The notes under the pieces: model-generated
What the model was told of the DNA's origin: nothing
What the model saw: the letters and a program-made list of their open reading frames with translations, nothing else
The model's database searches: none
Program-made: the position numbers and the translations under genes
From: a virus
Lineage: Duplodnaviria; Caudoviricetes
Virus record (IMG/VR): IMGVR_UViG_3300043406_000106
Location: 1 to 29,854 of that record
DNA length: 29,854 nucleotides
Direction: 5' to 3' (one strand)
Shown: positions 16,833-25,731 of the stretch, in pieces
Layout: every line of letters starts with the position of its first letter
Position numbering within the stretch: the first letter of the stretch is position 1

Positions 16833-17471
16833 ATGTACTTGTCGCCCTACAAGACGGTCGTCAGCGTTGAGGCCGTCAGCAAAGACATGACCGTGGTTGC
16901 GACGGTGAAGGCCGAGCTCGGCATCACCGTCACGACCTATGACGACCTGCTCGACGTCTTGATCCAGCACGCCTCGGCGGCCTGCGCCTCGTACTGCAAT
17001 CGCGAGTTCGCAAGCGAGACGGTGATTTCGAGCTTTCGGACGCCGATGGAGCGCGGTCGCGCGCGGCCCGCCGAGGCGCTGCTGCTCGACCGCACGCCGA
17101 TGACCGCAATCACTACCGTGGTCGAGGACAGCGTCGCGCTCGATGCCGCCGAATATGAGTTCGACGCCGAGACCGGCTTCCTGTGGAAGCTGTCGAGCAA
17201 TGACACGCGCGTCTGGTGGACCGGCCCGAAGCTCGTGGTCACCTACACCGGCGGCTATGTGATGCTGACGACGCTCCCCAGCGACCTGGAGCGCGCGTGC
17301 ATCGACCTCGTCAAGCATCGCTGGTTCTCGCGGCAGCGCGACCCGCTGGTCAAGGCGGTCGACGTGCCGGGCGTTCTGTCGGAACAATACTGGGTGGGCG
17401 GCGCCAGCGAAGGCGCCATCCCCAAAGAGATCAGCGTGCTGCTCGATCCCTACGTGCGGATCGTCATCTAG
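16833..17471 (+). CDS. Head-tail connector protein (gp6-like)
   Basis: ATG 16833 with RBS GGAGG. TVKAELGI...DDLLDVLIQHAS...YCNR, VTYTGGY..LPSDLERAC, LLDPY. Confidence 0.85.
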   Translation: MYLSPYKTVVSVEAVSKDMTVVATVKAELGITVTTYDDLLDVLIQHASAACASYCNREFASETVISSFRTPMERGRARPAEALLLDRTPMTAITTVVEDSVALDAAEYEFDAETGFLWKLSSNDTRVWWTGPKLVVTYTGGYVMLTTLPSDLERACIDLVKHRWFSRQRDPLVKAVDVPGVLSEQYWVGGASEGAIPKEISVLLDPYVRIVI

Positions 17472-17816
17472 ATGTCGCCGGCCGAGGCTATCGCCGCGCT
17501 CGATCACGCCAACCAGATCGCGGGCGAGGATGTCGTTCTGCGCCGTTACCTTGGCCCGCTTCGCACGAATGCGTCCGACGTGACCTGCCGCGCCACGGTG
17601 CGGGAGTTCACGGCGAACGAACTCGTGGACACCATCGCGCAGGGTGACCGGCTCGCGATCCTCAGTCCGACCGAGGCGACCGCGGCGACGTGGCCGCTGC
17701 CACCGCGCAAGGGCGACAAGCTGGTCATCGGCGGGCGCGAGTTGAACATCGAGCACCCCGACAACATCACCATGGGCGGCACGCTCGTGCGGATGAATCT
17801 CCGGGTCCGCGGCTGA
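17472..17816 (+). CDS. Head closure or head-tail adaptor protein
   Basis: Size, synteny and the PRKGDKLVIGGRELNI motif. Confidence 0.7.
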   Translation: MSPAEAIAALDHANQIAGEDVVLRRYLGPLRTNASDVTCRATVREFTANELVDTIAQGDRLAILSPTEATAATWPLPPRKGDKLVIGGRELNIEHPDNITMGGTLVRMNLRVRG

Positions 17817-18463
17817 TGGCGTCAGCGTCGGCGGCCGCCTTCGAGACGAGCGTGCGCGCTTTCGTCGGCGATCTGCGCGGGCCGACGGCCGCTCGCATGC
17901 TGGCATCCGCCCACGACGAGCTGAATAACAAGGTGCTGCAGGGTCAACAGGCGCGCTCGGGCGTGCGCCCTGGAACGCGCCACGTCGTAGACGGCAAGGT
18001 CGGGGCCGCCTTTGAGAGCGTGAAGCCCGGCGGCCGCATCGTCACCATCTACGACTATCGCAAAGAGGTCGCGCTCTTCGTGCTCGCGGCGCTGCGTTCT
18101 GCGTCGCCGTCATCGAGCGGCCGTTATCGCCGCAGTCATTTCATGCTGCTCAACGGGCAAGAGGCCGCCAGCCTGCCGGACACGCTTGCCGACAGCGACG
18201 TGGTGACGATAACCAACAGCACGCCTTATGCCCGCCGGCTTGAGGTCGGCAAGAAGCGCGACGGCTCGCCCTTCGTCGTCCAGGTGGAGCCTCGCATCTA
18301 CGAGCGGGTGGCGAAGAAGGTGGCCGGGCCGCGCTATCGCAACGTCGCGGCAATCGCCTTCAACTACGTGGACCTGGCGAACCCCTATCGCAAGGTCGCC
18401 AGCAAACGGCGCGGCGCGGGCCAGTCCATCCGCTACCCGGCGATCATCATCAAGCCGCTCTAG
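17816..18463 (+). CDS. Neck or tail-completion protein (HK97 gp10-like)
   Basis: TGATG overlap. SP..SGRYRRS and ITNSTPYARRLEVG motifs. Confidence 0.75.
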   Translation: MASASAAAFETSVRAFVGDLRGPTAARMLASAHDELNNKVLQGQQARSGVRPGTRHVVDGKVGAAFESVKPGGRIVTIYDYRKEVALFVLAALRSASPSSSGRYRRSHFMLLNGQEAASLPDTLADSDVVTITNSTPYARRLEVGKKRDGSPFVVQVEPRIYERVAKKVAGPRYRNVAAIAFNYVDLANPYRKVASKRRGAGQSIRYPAIIIKPL

Positions 18464-18474
18464 CGGAGGGCGCG

Positions 18475-18903
18475 ATGCCTGACATTGCCACCGTGGCCGA
18501 TGCCATTCGCGACCGTATGACCGCCGAGTGGCCGCATGTTGGCGTGCCCGTCTACTACGAGAACGAGGAGAACGAACTCTCCGACACACCGGAGGCGTTC
18601 CTCCACGTCTCTGTCGAGACATTCTCGCAGCAGCTCGCGGCCTATGGCGGCGGGCGCGGCAACAACCGCTGGCGGCAGCAGGGCGCAATCATCATCCGCG
18701 TCTTCGTGCCGCGCGGGGCGGGCCGCGCCGTCGCGGACGGGTATGCGGAGGACGCGGCCGTCATCTTCCGCGGCCAACGCTTCTATGCCGACGTCGATTG
18801 CTTCGGCGCCGGCGTGGTCTCGGCCGGCGTCGCTGACGCGCCGAACGGCAATTACTGGCTGACCGAGGTCGAGGTCGATCTCAGCTTCGATCTTATCGGC
18901 TGA
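18475..18903 (+). CDS. Tail terminator protein
   Basis: RBS GGAGG. GAIIIRVFVPRGAG motif, acidic, directly before the tail tube gene. Confidence 0.75.
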   Translation: MPDIATVADAIRDRMTAEWPHVGVPVYYENEENELSDTPEAFLHVSVETFSQQLAAYGGGRGNNRWRQQGAIIIRVFVPRGAGRAVADGYAEDAAVIFRGQRFYADVDCFGAGVVSAGVADAPNGNYWLTEVEVDLSFDLIG

Positions 18904-18969
18904 CCCGCCGACGCCCACTCGCCCTTGGGCAAGGCTCGTTTCCATCCCTCCAATTGACGGAGCCTTGTC

Positions 18970-20196
18970 ATGACTCTCGAATCTGGCGTTGGCGTTGCAG
19001 TCCGCTACAAGACCTATGCCTCTGGTGCAATCGCCGACGTCGGCACGCCCGCGTCGCCTGGCGCCTCTGGCGGTCAGGTGCTGCGTCGCGTCGCGTCGAC
19101 CATGAACCTGCAGCGCGAGACCTACCAGTCCACCGAAATCCGGTCGGATCGGCAGGTCGCGGACTATCGTCTCGGCACCAAGCGCGTGCAGGGCGACATC
19201 TCGGGCGAGCTTTCGCCGGGGACGTATTGGGACTTCATGGTCGGAATGTGCCGCGGCACGGCGGCGAGCGAGATCAGCAAGACGCAGACCGAGTTCACCT
19301 CGGTGGCGGCGACAAACTCCACGAGCAAGTTCACGGTCGCAGCGTCGACGTGGCTGTCGGAGGGCTTCAAGGTCGGCGACGTGATTCGCTTCTCCACCCT
19401 GTCGGTGGCGGCAAACAACGACGTCAATTACCTGATCACGGCGCTGAGCACGGTCGACGCGACCGTGACGCCGGCGCCGACGGACATGAGCGCCGACACG
19501 ACCTTCACCGTCCTGCGCAAGGGCAAGAAGGTCTTCATCCCGAGCTCGTCGCACACGGACACGCTGTTCGCCATCGAGCACTACCACCAGGACGTCGACC
19601 TCTCGCAGCTCTTCAAGGAGTGCCGCGTCGGTCGCATGCAGCTTGGCCTGCCGGCGACCGGCCTCGCGACCAGTTCTTTCGGCTTCATGGGTCGCGACAT
19701 GGAAGCGCTGGCGACGGGCAGCTCGCCCTATCTGACCGCGCCCACGGCCTCAACCACGACCGGCCTGGTCGCAGCCGTCAACGGCCTGCTGCGCTTCGGC
19801 GGCAGTAACAACGCCCTGATCACCGGCGCCAACATCAACTTCGACCTCCAGCCTTCGGCTGAGGCGGTCGTCGGCTCGCTGTTCGTCCCCGAAATCTTCC
19901 TCGGCGACGCGCAGATCAGTGGCGATCTCTCCTTCCTGCTGCAGGACTTCACGCAGCTCAGCAACTACACGTCGGAGACTGCGCTGGAGCTGCACCTCCT
20001 GCTGGAGACCGGCGGCTCCGCGCCTCACGACTTCATCAAGATTTCGCTGCCCAACATCGTGCTGACGAAGCACGACATCGGCGTCCAGGGCCGCGCCGGC
20101 GTGCCGGTGCAGGCGGGCTTCATGGCCCGACTGAAGGCCACCGCCACGGGCTACGACTCCACGACAATCACCATCCAAGATTCCGCCGCTGCCTAA
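18970..20196 (+). CDS. Major tail tube protein, with a probable inserted beta domain
   Basis: STEIRSDRQVADYRLG..VQGDISGELS, GFKVGDVI insert, IKISLPNI; synteny. Confidence 0.85.
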   Translation: MTLESGVGVAVRYKTYASGAIADVGTPASPGASGGQVLRRVASTMNLQRETYQSTEIRSDRQVADYRLGTKRVQGDISGELSPGTYWDFMVGMCRGTAASEISKTQTEFTSVAATNSTSKFTVAASTWLSEGFKVGDVIRFSTLSVAANNDVNYLITALSTVDATVTPAPTDMSADTTFTVLRKGKKVFIPSSSHTDTLFAIEHYHQDVDLSQLFKECRVGRMQLGLPATGLATSSFGFMGRDMEALATGSSPYLTAPTASTTTGLVAAVNGLLRFGGSNNALITGANINFDLQPSAEAVVGSLFVPEIFLGDAQISGDLSFLLQDFTQLSNYTSETALELHLLLETGGSAPHDFIKISLPNIVLTKHDIGVQGRAGVPVQAGFMARLKATATGYDSTTITIQDSAAA

Positions 20197-20329
20197 GCGT
20201 CGGAAGTCCGATCCCGGCTGCCACCGGGCCGACGTCGCCGCCGCAACGGCGGCGATGTCTCGCTCGCGAGACCGGGGCGCACGCGATGGCGGTCGCGTGC
20301 GCCCCACCCTTCCGCCAAAGGAACCACCT

Positions 20330-20740
20330 ATGTCCAAATTTGCGGGCCTCGGCCTCGCGGTCGACACGCCCTTTATCGTCCAGCTCCAGCACCCCGTCAG
20401 CGGCGCGGCGCTCCGCACCGCGTCGGGCGAAGAGGCGACGATCACGCTCCTAAGCGGCGACAGCCAGGCGGCGCGGGCTCACCAGAACCGCACGCTGAAT
20501 GCGCGGCTCTCGCAGCGCGTGCGCGGCAGCATCACGGCCGAGCAGCTTGAGGCCGAGCAGGTCGAGCTGCTGACGACGCTCACCCAATCCTGGGTACTGG
20601 TCGACCTCGACGGCAACGCGCTCGACGTTGACTGCACGCCGCAGAACGCGCGCGATCTCTATGCCGCGCGCGAGTGCCGCTGGATTCGCGAGCAGGTCGA
20701 GCAGGCAATCGACAACAGAAAAAACGTCAAGACGGCGTAG
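20330..20740 (+). CDS. Tail assembly chaperone (gpG-like)
   Basis: ATG 20330 with RBS AAGGA. LQHPVSG..., CTPQNARDLY...WIREQV; located between tube and tape measure genes. Confidence 0.85.
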   Translation: MSKFAGLGLAVDTPFIVQLQHPVSGAALRTASGEEATITLLSGDSQAARAHQNRTLNARLSQRVRGSITAEQLEAEQVELLTTLTQSWVLVDLDGNALDVDCTPQNARDLYAARECRWIREQVEQAIDNRKNVKTA

Positions 20741-21150
20741 CGGCCGATCTCGCCGACTACGCCGCGCATCATTTCGCGCTCGACATCGCGCGACCTGACG
20801 GCACCACCAAGCGCGACGAGCTGCTCTCCGCGCTGCGCCAGGCCAAGCAGGGCTGGGTGGGGGCGCCGTCGGTGGCCTCTGTGGAGGCGGAGCTTGACGG
20901 CCCCTCCCTGCCGTCGGACGGCGCCCACGTCTGGGCGTGGTACGTCGAGCTCGACCGCGCGCGCAGCGCGACCGGGTTCGGCCCCGCGGCGCTCGGCTGG
21001 CAGGACATCGCGGCCTGGGCGTCGCTGATGCGCTGCCAGCCGATGCCGTGGGAATGCCTCGCGCTCACCACCATCGACCGGATCTTCCGCTTCGAGTGGG
21101 CGAAAGCACAGCCGAAGCCGGGCAGCAGCACGCCGGGCGGGGAGAAATAG
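20719..21150 (+). CDS. -1 frameshift extension of the tail chaperone (gpGT-like)
   Basis: Slippery heptamer A AAA AAC at 20719-20725 in the gpG frame. The -1 frame is open to 21150 (HVWAWYVELDRAR..GFGPAALGWQDIAAW) and lacks a good start of its own. Confidence 0.85.
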   Translation, partial: KKRQDGVAADLADYAAHHFALDIARPDGTTKRDELLSALRQAKQGWVGAPSVASVEAELDGPSLPSDGAHVWAWYVELDRARSATGFGPAALGWQDIAAWASLMRCQPMPWECLALTTIDRIFRFEWAKAQPKPGSSTPGGEK

Positions 21151-21153
21151 GCC

Positions 21154-24100
21154 ATGGCCGACGACATCGTTCGGATGGCCACCACGATTGCGGCCCTGGA
21201 CCCTCGCCAGTATGAGCAGGGCGTCCAGAAGGTCGAGGCCGCCGCCAACAAGGCCGTCGCGGCGAACACGCGCCTGGAGCAGTCCACGGAGAAGATGGCG
21301 CGGACGACGGTCGTCAGCGTCAGCGCGATTGATCGCCTCCAGGCGGCGAACGACAAGACGTTTGCCGCGGAGCAGCGCCGCCAACGCCAGATCGAGACGC
21401 TTGACCGCGCCTTGCAGCAGGGCACGGTGACGCAGGAGCGCTACGCGCGCGTCCTGCAGTCGGTCGAGCAGAGCTATTCGAAGCACGCCGCTGCGGGCGC
21501 GCCGGTGGCCGCGAACCTCAACAACATCGCGGTCGCCGCGACGAACACCGGGCGCGCGCTGACGCTTGTCCGGCAGGGGTTCGCCGAGGCGCAGCCGCAT
21601 ATGGAGCAGTACGCCGCGAGCGGCGGCATCCTCTCCGCGGTTCTCGGCCGCCTGGGGGTCGCCGGCACGCTCGCGGCCGCGGCGTTCGGGGCCTTCAGCC
21701 TCGCTATCGCCAAGGGCGTCGAGGAGTTCACCGAAGACGAGACCGCCATCACCCGGCTGGAGCAGAGCATCCGGGTGACGGGCGGCGCGGCCGGGTTCTC
21801 GGCTGCGCAGGTCGAGACGTTCGTGGACCAGATGATCCGCCTGGTCGGCGTCTCCGACAACGATGTTCGCCGTGCAGCGACTTCCCTCACTGGGTTCGCG
21901 GCGGCCGGTCGCCTGGGCTTCGAGGAGGTCATCCGCACGGCCGCGGACCTGACCGCGCTCTTCGGCGGCGACCTTCAGAGCAACACCGAGCGCCTGGGCA
22001 AGGAGCTGCAAGACCTCGCGACCGGCGCGACCCAGCAGCTCGGCCGTTCCTTCCACGCCCTGGGCGCCGACGCGCGGATGGCCATCGAGGAGTTGGCGCG
22101 GTCGGGCCGCGGGACCGAGGCGGCCACGCGCGCGCTGGAAGCCATGCGCCAGACCATCGGCGGCGCGGGCGAGAGCCAGGCCAACACGATCTCGGGCGCC
22201 ATGCGCCAGTCCGCGGAGGCGACCGGCGATCTGCTCTCGACCATCGCGCGGGTGACGGGCGCGACGGAGCGGGCGCGCAGCGCCACGATGGGGTGGCGCG
22301 ACGCCATGCTGGCGGTGCGCGACGCGATCACCTGGACACCGGAGAGCCGCGCGCAGGCGGTGCAGTCGCAGATCGAGCTGACGGCGCGGCAGATCGGAGA
22401 GCTTGAGCTGACGGTGAACCGCGCCGAATCGCGCATGGCGAACATGAGCGCGCAGCAGCGAGCCGAGACGATTGCGCTGCCTGGCAACGCGGGCTATCGG
22501 GACGCCCTGCGCCGGCTCAACGACTATCGCGCCCGGCAGGCCGGACAGATTGATCAGCTCGCCGGCGGCGGCATTACGCGCGATGGGTACGCGGGCGAAG
22601 AGCAGGCCGCGATGGCTCGCCGCGCCGGCGAGATGGCGGCCGAGCGTGAGGCGGCCGCGGTCGCCGAGCAGCGCAATCGTCGGACGCGCGAATACATCAC
22701 GAGCCTGGAGCGCGAGCAGGAGCTTGCGCGCCTGGCGCCCAACATTCGAGCGCAGCAGGTCGCGGCGGATAACGCCGAGGTCCAGGTGCTGCAACGCCTG
22801 ACCGGGTCGCAGGAGTCGAACCTGCAATTGCTGCGGCGTCTCCCGCAGGCGCAGGAGGAGTCCAACCGCCGCCAGGTCGAGAGCGCTCGCGCTATCGCCA
22901 TCTCGACGCAGGCGATGCAGCAGAACTCGCAGGCCGGTGCGCAGGTCGCGCAACAGCGCGAGCAGGCCCGCACGACCCTGGAAGAGCAGATCCACGGCCT
23001 GCAGCGCGAGGCGGATGCGCTCGGTCAGTCGGAGCGCGAGCGCTACGTCACCTCGCAGGGCTTGCAAGCGGAGCGCACCGGGCGGCAGCTCAACAGCGAA
23101 GAGCTGCAACGGTACGTGGAGCGCGTCAGGACCGAGGCCGGGGCGCTGTACGACACCCAACAGGCGCGACGTCAGGCGACGCAGGCGCTTGAGGAGCAGG
23201 CGCGCGCGATCAATCGCACGGTCGACCGTGTGGTGGATTTTGCCGCCGACGGCTTCGACCGCATCCTCCAGAACGGCGTCGGCACCTGGAAGGATCTCTG
23301 GGACGAGTTCGTGACGATTGGCCGCAAGGCCATCGCGCAGGCCATTGCCGAGGCCCTGTTGCGCCCCATCGTGGTGCCGATTGTGACCGAGCTCGTTGGG
23401 AGCTTCGGCGGGATGTTCGGCGTCGGCGCCAGCGGTGTCACAGTTGTTCAGGGTGCCAGCGGGCCGTACTTGTCGGCAGGCGGGCAGCCCATCGGCTTGA
23501 ACGGCGGCGGCGGGCTCTCAGTCCCCAACATGCCGAGCACGAGCCTGCTTGAGCGCATCTTCGACGGCAGCGCGTTTGGCGGCAACTCGGGGACGCTGAC
23601 GCCGGGTCTCGACGCCTGGGCCTTCCGAAATCTCGGCTTCGGGCAGATCGACAACTTCGCAGGCCAGTCGGCTGGGGCAATGGGGCCGTTCCAGGGTGGC
23701 AGCGGCCTCTTCGGCGGCGGTGGCGTCGGCGGCGCGCTCTCGGGCTTCTCCTCCCTCGGCAACCTTCTCGGGATCGCCGGCGCCGGTCTGCCTGGTCTCA
23801 TGTCGGGCAACTTCGCGCAGGCCGGGCTCGGGATCGGTGGCGCCGCGCTCGGTACGCTCATCTTCCCCGGCATCGGCACCGCGATTGGCGGGTTCCTCGG
23901 CAACATGTTGGGTGGGCTGTTCGGCAAGAAAAAGCCGACGGGCCCCGGCGGCGCGGCGTTTGTGTGGGCGGATCACATGGACGAGCCGTGGGTGATGGGC
24001 TCTCCCGTCATGGGCGATAAAAACGTCATCCGTGGTCTGGGCTCCGCCTATCAAGCAGGGCTCGCTCAGATTCTAAAGGCGTCCGGCGGCAGCGCCATCA

Positions 24101-25725
24101 CCGGCGGCTCACAGGTCAATCTCGGCTATTGGGGTGACAAGTATCGCACCGCCGGCGTCGGCTACGGCAACAACCAATTCGACCATTTCGACAAGCCCGA
24201 GGACGCGGTCCAGCGCGCTTTGAATCTGACGGGCGGTGGCTTGCAAATCGCGGGCATCGGCCGCGCCGCGCAATCGGTGCTGACGAACGAGGGCGGCAGC
24301 GCGCCCCTCGATCAACTCGTGCAGGATCTCGCGAAGGCCGTGACCTTCCAGCAAGCCTATGACGCCGCGATCAGCGACACCAACGAGACCACGTCGCAGG
24401 TCGAGCAGCAGCTCAAGGCACTGAACGCCCAATTTGACCAGATGAAGACCGCAGCCGCCGGCTACGGCTACGGCGCCGAGGAGCTTGAGGCGGCGCGCAA
24501 GCGCGCGCTCGCCAAGATGACCGAGGCGTTCAACGACAACGTGCAGCAGACGCTGCTCGCCATGACGGACCCGCAGGCGGCGGCGCTCGCGGCGCTCGAC
24601 AAGGCGCGCGCAGTGGCGGTCAAGGATGCGGCCGCGCTCGGCGCCGACATCAACGCAGTCGAGACGCTGTACGGGAAGCAGCGCGCTGAGATCGTCAAGG
24701 CATACGCGGCGCAGGCTGCGGCCGAGGCGCAGAAGCTCGCCGACTTCAATTTCTCGGTGAAGAACGCCATCCTTGGCGCGACCGATCCGCAGGCAGCCGC
24801 GCTGGCGGCGCTGGAGCAGCAGCGGCAGGCGGCGATCAAGCAGGCGACCGATCTCGGCGCGGACGTCAACGCGGTCGAAGAGCTGTATGGCCTGCAGCGC
24901 GTGGCGATCATCAAGAAGTATGCGGACGAGGCGGCCGCCGCCTCCGCCGTTGCGGCGCAGCAGCTCTCCGATTTCAACTTCAGCGTGGCGAACAGCCTCC
25001 TCGGCATGACCGATCAGCAGGCGGCAGAACTCGCCGCGTTCGACCGGGCGCACGAGGCCACGCTCAAGACGGCCACGACAATCGGTGCGGACGTCAACGC
25101 CGTCGAGGAATTGTATGGCAAGCAGCGCGCGGCAATAGTCAAGCGCTATGCCGACGAGGCGGCGGCCGCAGAGGCTGCCGCGATGGAGCGCCTGAAGGCC
25201 CAGGCGCTTAGCCTGAAGCAATGGCTGGACGCGCAGGTCTTCTCCAACACCTCCAGTTCGTCGCCGTCGACGCGGCTCAGCGAGGCGCAGCGCATGTTCG
25301 GCGAGCAGATCGGGCTCGCGCGCGGCGGCGACGCCAATGCCTTCCAGGGCATCACCGGCTACGCCTCGCAGCTCTTGGCGGCGGCCAAGGATTTCTTCGC
25401 AAGCTCGGGCGATTTCGTCGCAATCGAGGCGATGACCCGCAGCCAGATCAGCGAGCTTGGCAAGGCGCTCGGTCTGCCAGGCTTCGCCAGCGGCGGCGCC
25501 TTCACCGTCGGCGGCTTCGGCGGCACGGACAGCCAGATCGTGCCCATCCGCGCCACGCCAGGCGAGCGCGTCACGGTCGAGACGCCGGCGCAGCAGCGCG
25601 CGGGCTCGGCGACCACGGAGGGCGTCCAGGAGCTGCGCGCTGAGGTGGCCAACCTCAACGGCACCATCGATGCCCTGCGCCGGGAGATCCGCATGTCAGG
25701 TCACCTCCGCGCCATCGGTCGATAG
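21154..25725 (+). CDS. Tape measure protein
   Basis: 1523 aa, Ala/Gln-rich and helical, with a Gly-rich hydrophobic segment and C-terminal GFASGG...GGTDSQ...TPGERV; follows the chaperone genes. Confidence 0.95.
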   Translation: MADDIVRMATTIAALDPRQYEQGVQKVEAAANKAVAANTRLEQSTEKMARTTVVSVSAIDRLQAANDKTFAAEQRRQRQIETLDRALQQGTVTQERYARVLQSVEQSYSKHAAAGAPVAANLNNIAVAATNTGRALTLVRQGFAEAQPHMEQYAASGGILSAVLGRLGVAGTLAAAAFGAFSLAIAKGVEEFTEDETAITRLEQSIRVTGGAAGFSAAQVETFVDQMIRLVGVSDNDVRRAATSLTGFAAAGRLGFEEVIRTAADLTALFGGDLQSNTERLGKELQDLATGATQQLGRSFHALGADARMAIEELARSGRGTEAATRALEAMRQTIGGAGESQANTISGAMRQSAEATGDLLSTIARVTGATERARSATMGWRDAMLAVRDAITWTPESRAQAVQSQIELTARQIGELELTVNRAESRMANMSAQQRAETIALPGNAGYRDALRRLNDYRARQAGQIDQLAGGGITRDGYAGEEQAAMARRAGEMAAEREAAAVAEQRNRRTREYITSLEREQELARLAPNIRAQQVAADNAEVQVLQRLTGSQESNLQLLRRLPQAQEESNRRQVESARAIAISTQAMQQNSQAGAQVAQQREQARTTLEEQIHGLQREADALGQSERERYVTSQGLQAERTGRQLNSEELQRYVERVRTEAGALYDTQQARRQATQALEEQARAINRTVDRVVDFAADGFDRILQNGVGTWKDLWDEFVTIGRKAIAQAIAEALLRPIVVPIVTELVGSFGGMFGVGASGVTVVQGASGPYLSAGGQPIGLNGGGGLSVPNMPSTSLLERIFDGSAFGGNSGTLTPGLDAWAFRNLGFGQIDNFAGQSAGAMGPFQGGSGLFGGGGVGGALSGFSSLGNLLGIAGAGLPGLMSGNFAQAGLGIGGAALGTLIFPGIGTAIGGFLGNMLGGLFGKKKPTGPGGAAFVWADHMDEPWVMGSPVMGDKNVIRGLGSAYQAGLAQILKASGGSAITGGSQVNLGYWGDKYRTAGVGYGNNQFDHFDKPEDAVQRALNLTGGGLQIAGIGRAAQSVLTNEGGSAPLDQLVQDLAKAVTFQQAYDAAISDTNETTSQVEQQLKALNAQFDQMKTAAAGYGYGAEELEAARKRALAKMTEAFNDNVQQTLLAMTDPQAAALAALDKARAVAVKDAAALGADINAVETLYGKQRAEIVKAYAAQAAAEAQKLADFNFSVKNAILGATDPQAAALAALEQQRQAAIKQATDLGADVNAVEELYGLQRVAIIKKYADEAAAASAVAAQQLSDFNFSVANSLLGMTDQQAAELAAFDRAHEATLKTATTIGADVNAVEELYGKQRAAIVKRYADEAAAAEAAAMERLKAQALSLKQWLDAQVFSNTSSSSPSTRLSEAQRMFGEQIGLARGGDANAFQGITGYASQLLAAAKDFFASSGDFVAIEAMTRSQISELGKALGLPGFASGGAFTVGGFGGTDSQIVPIRATPGERVTVETPAQQRAGSATTEGVQELRAEVANLNGTIDALRREIRMSGHLRAIGR
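24529..25190 (+). repeat. Three ~72-76-aa repeats within the tape measure protein
   Basis: FN..V...L..TD.QAA.LAA.....GAD[IV]NAVE.LYG.QR..I[VI]K.YA starting at about 24529, 24745 and 24973. Confidence 0.85.
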
Positions 25726-25731
25726 CGCGCC

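Noticed and set aside
20659-23160. 833-aa minus-strand ORF, and similar long antisense ORFs such as 7122-8543, 9070-10359 and 24109-25221
   Set aside because: They lie opposite well-supported structural genes, are low in information, and are expected in high-GC DNA.
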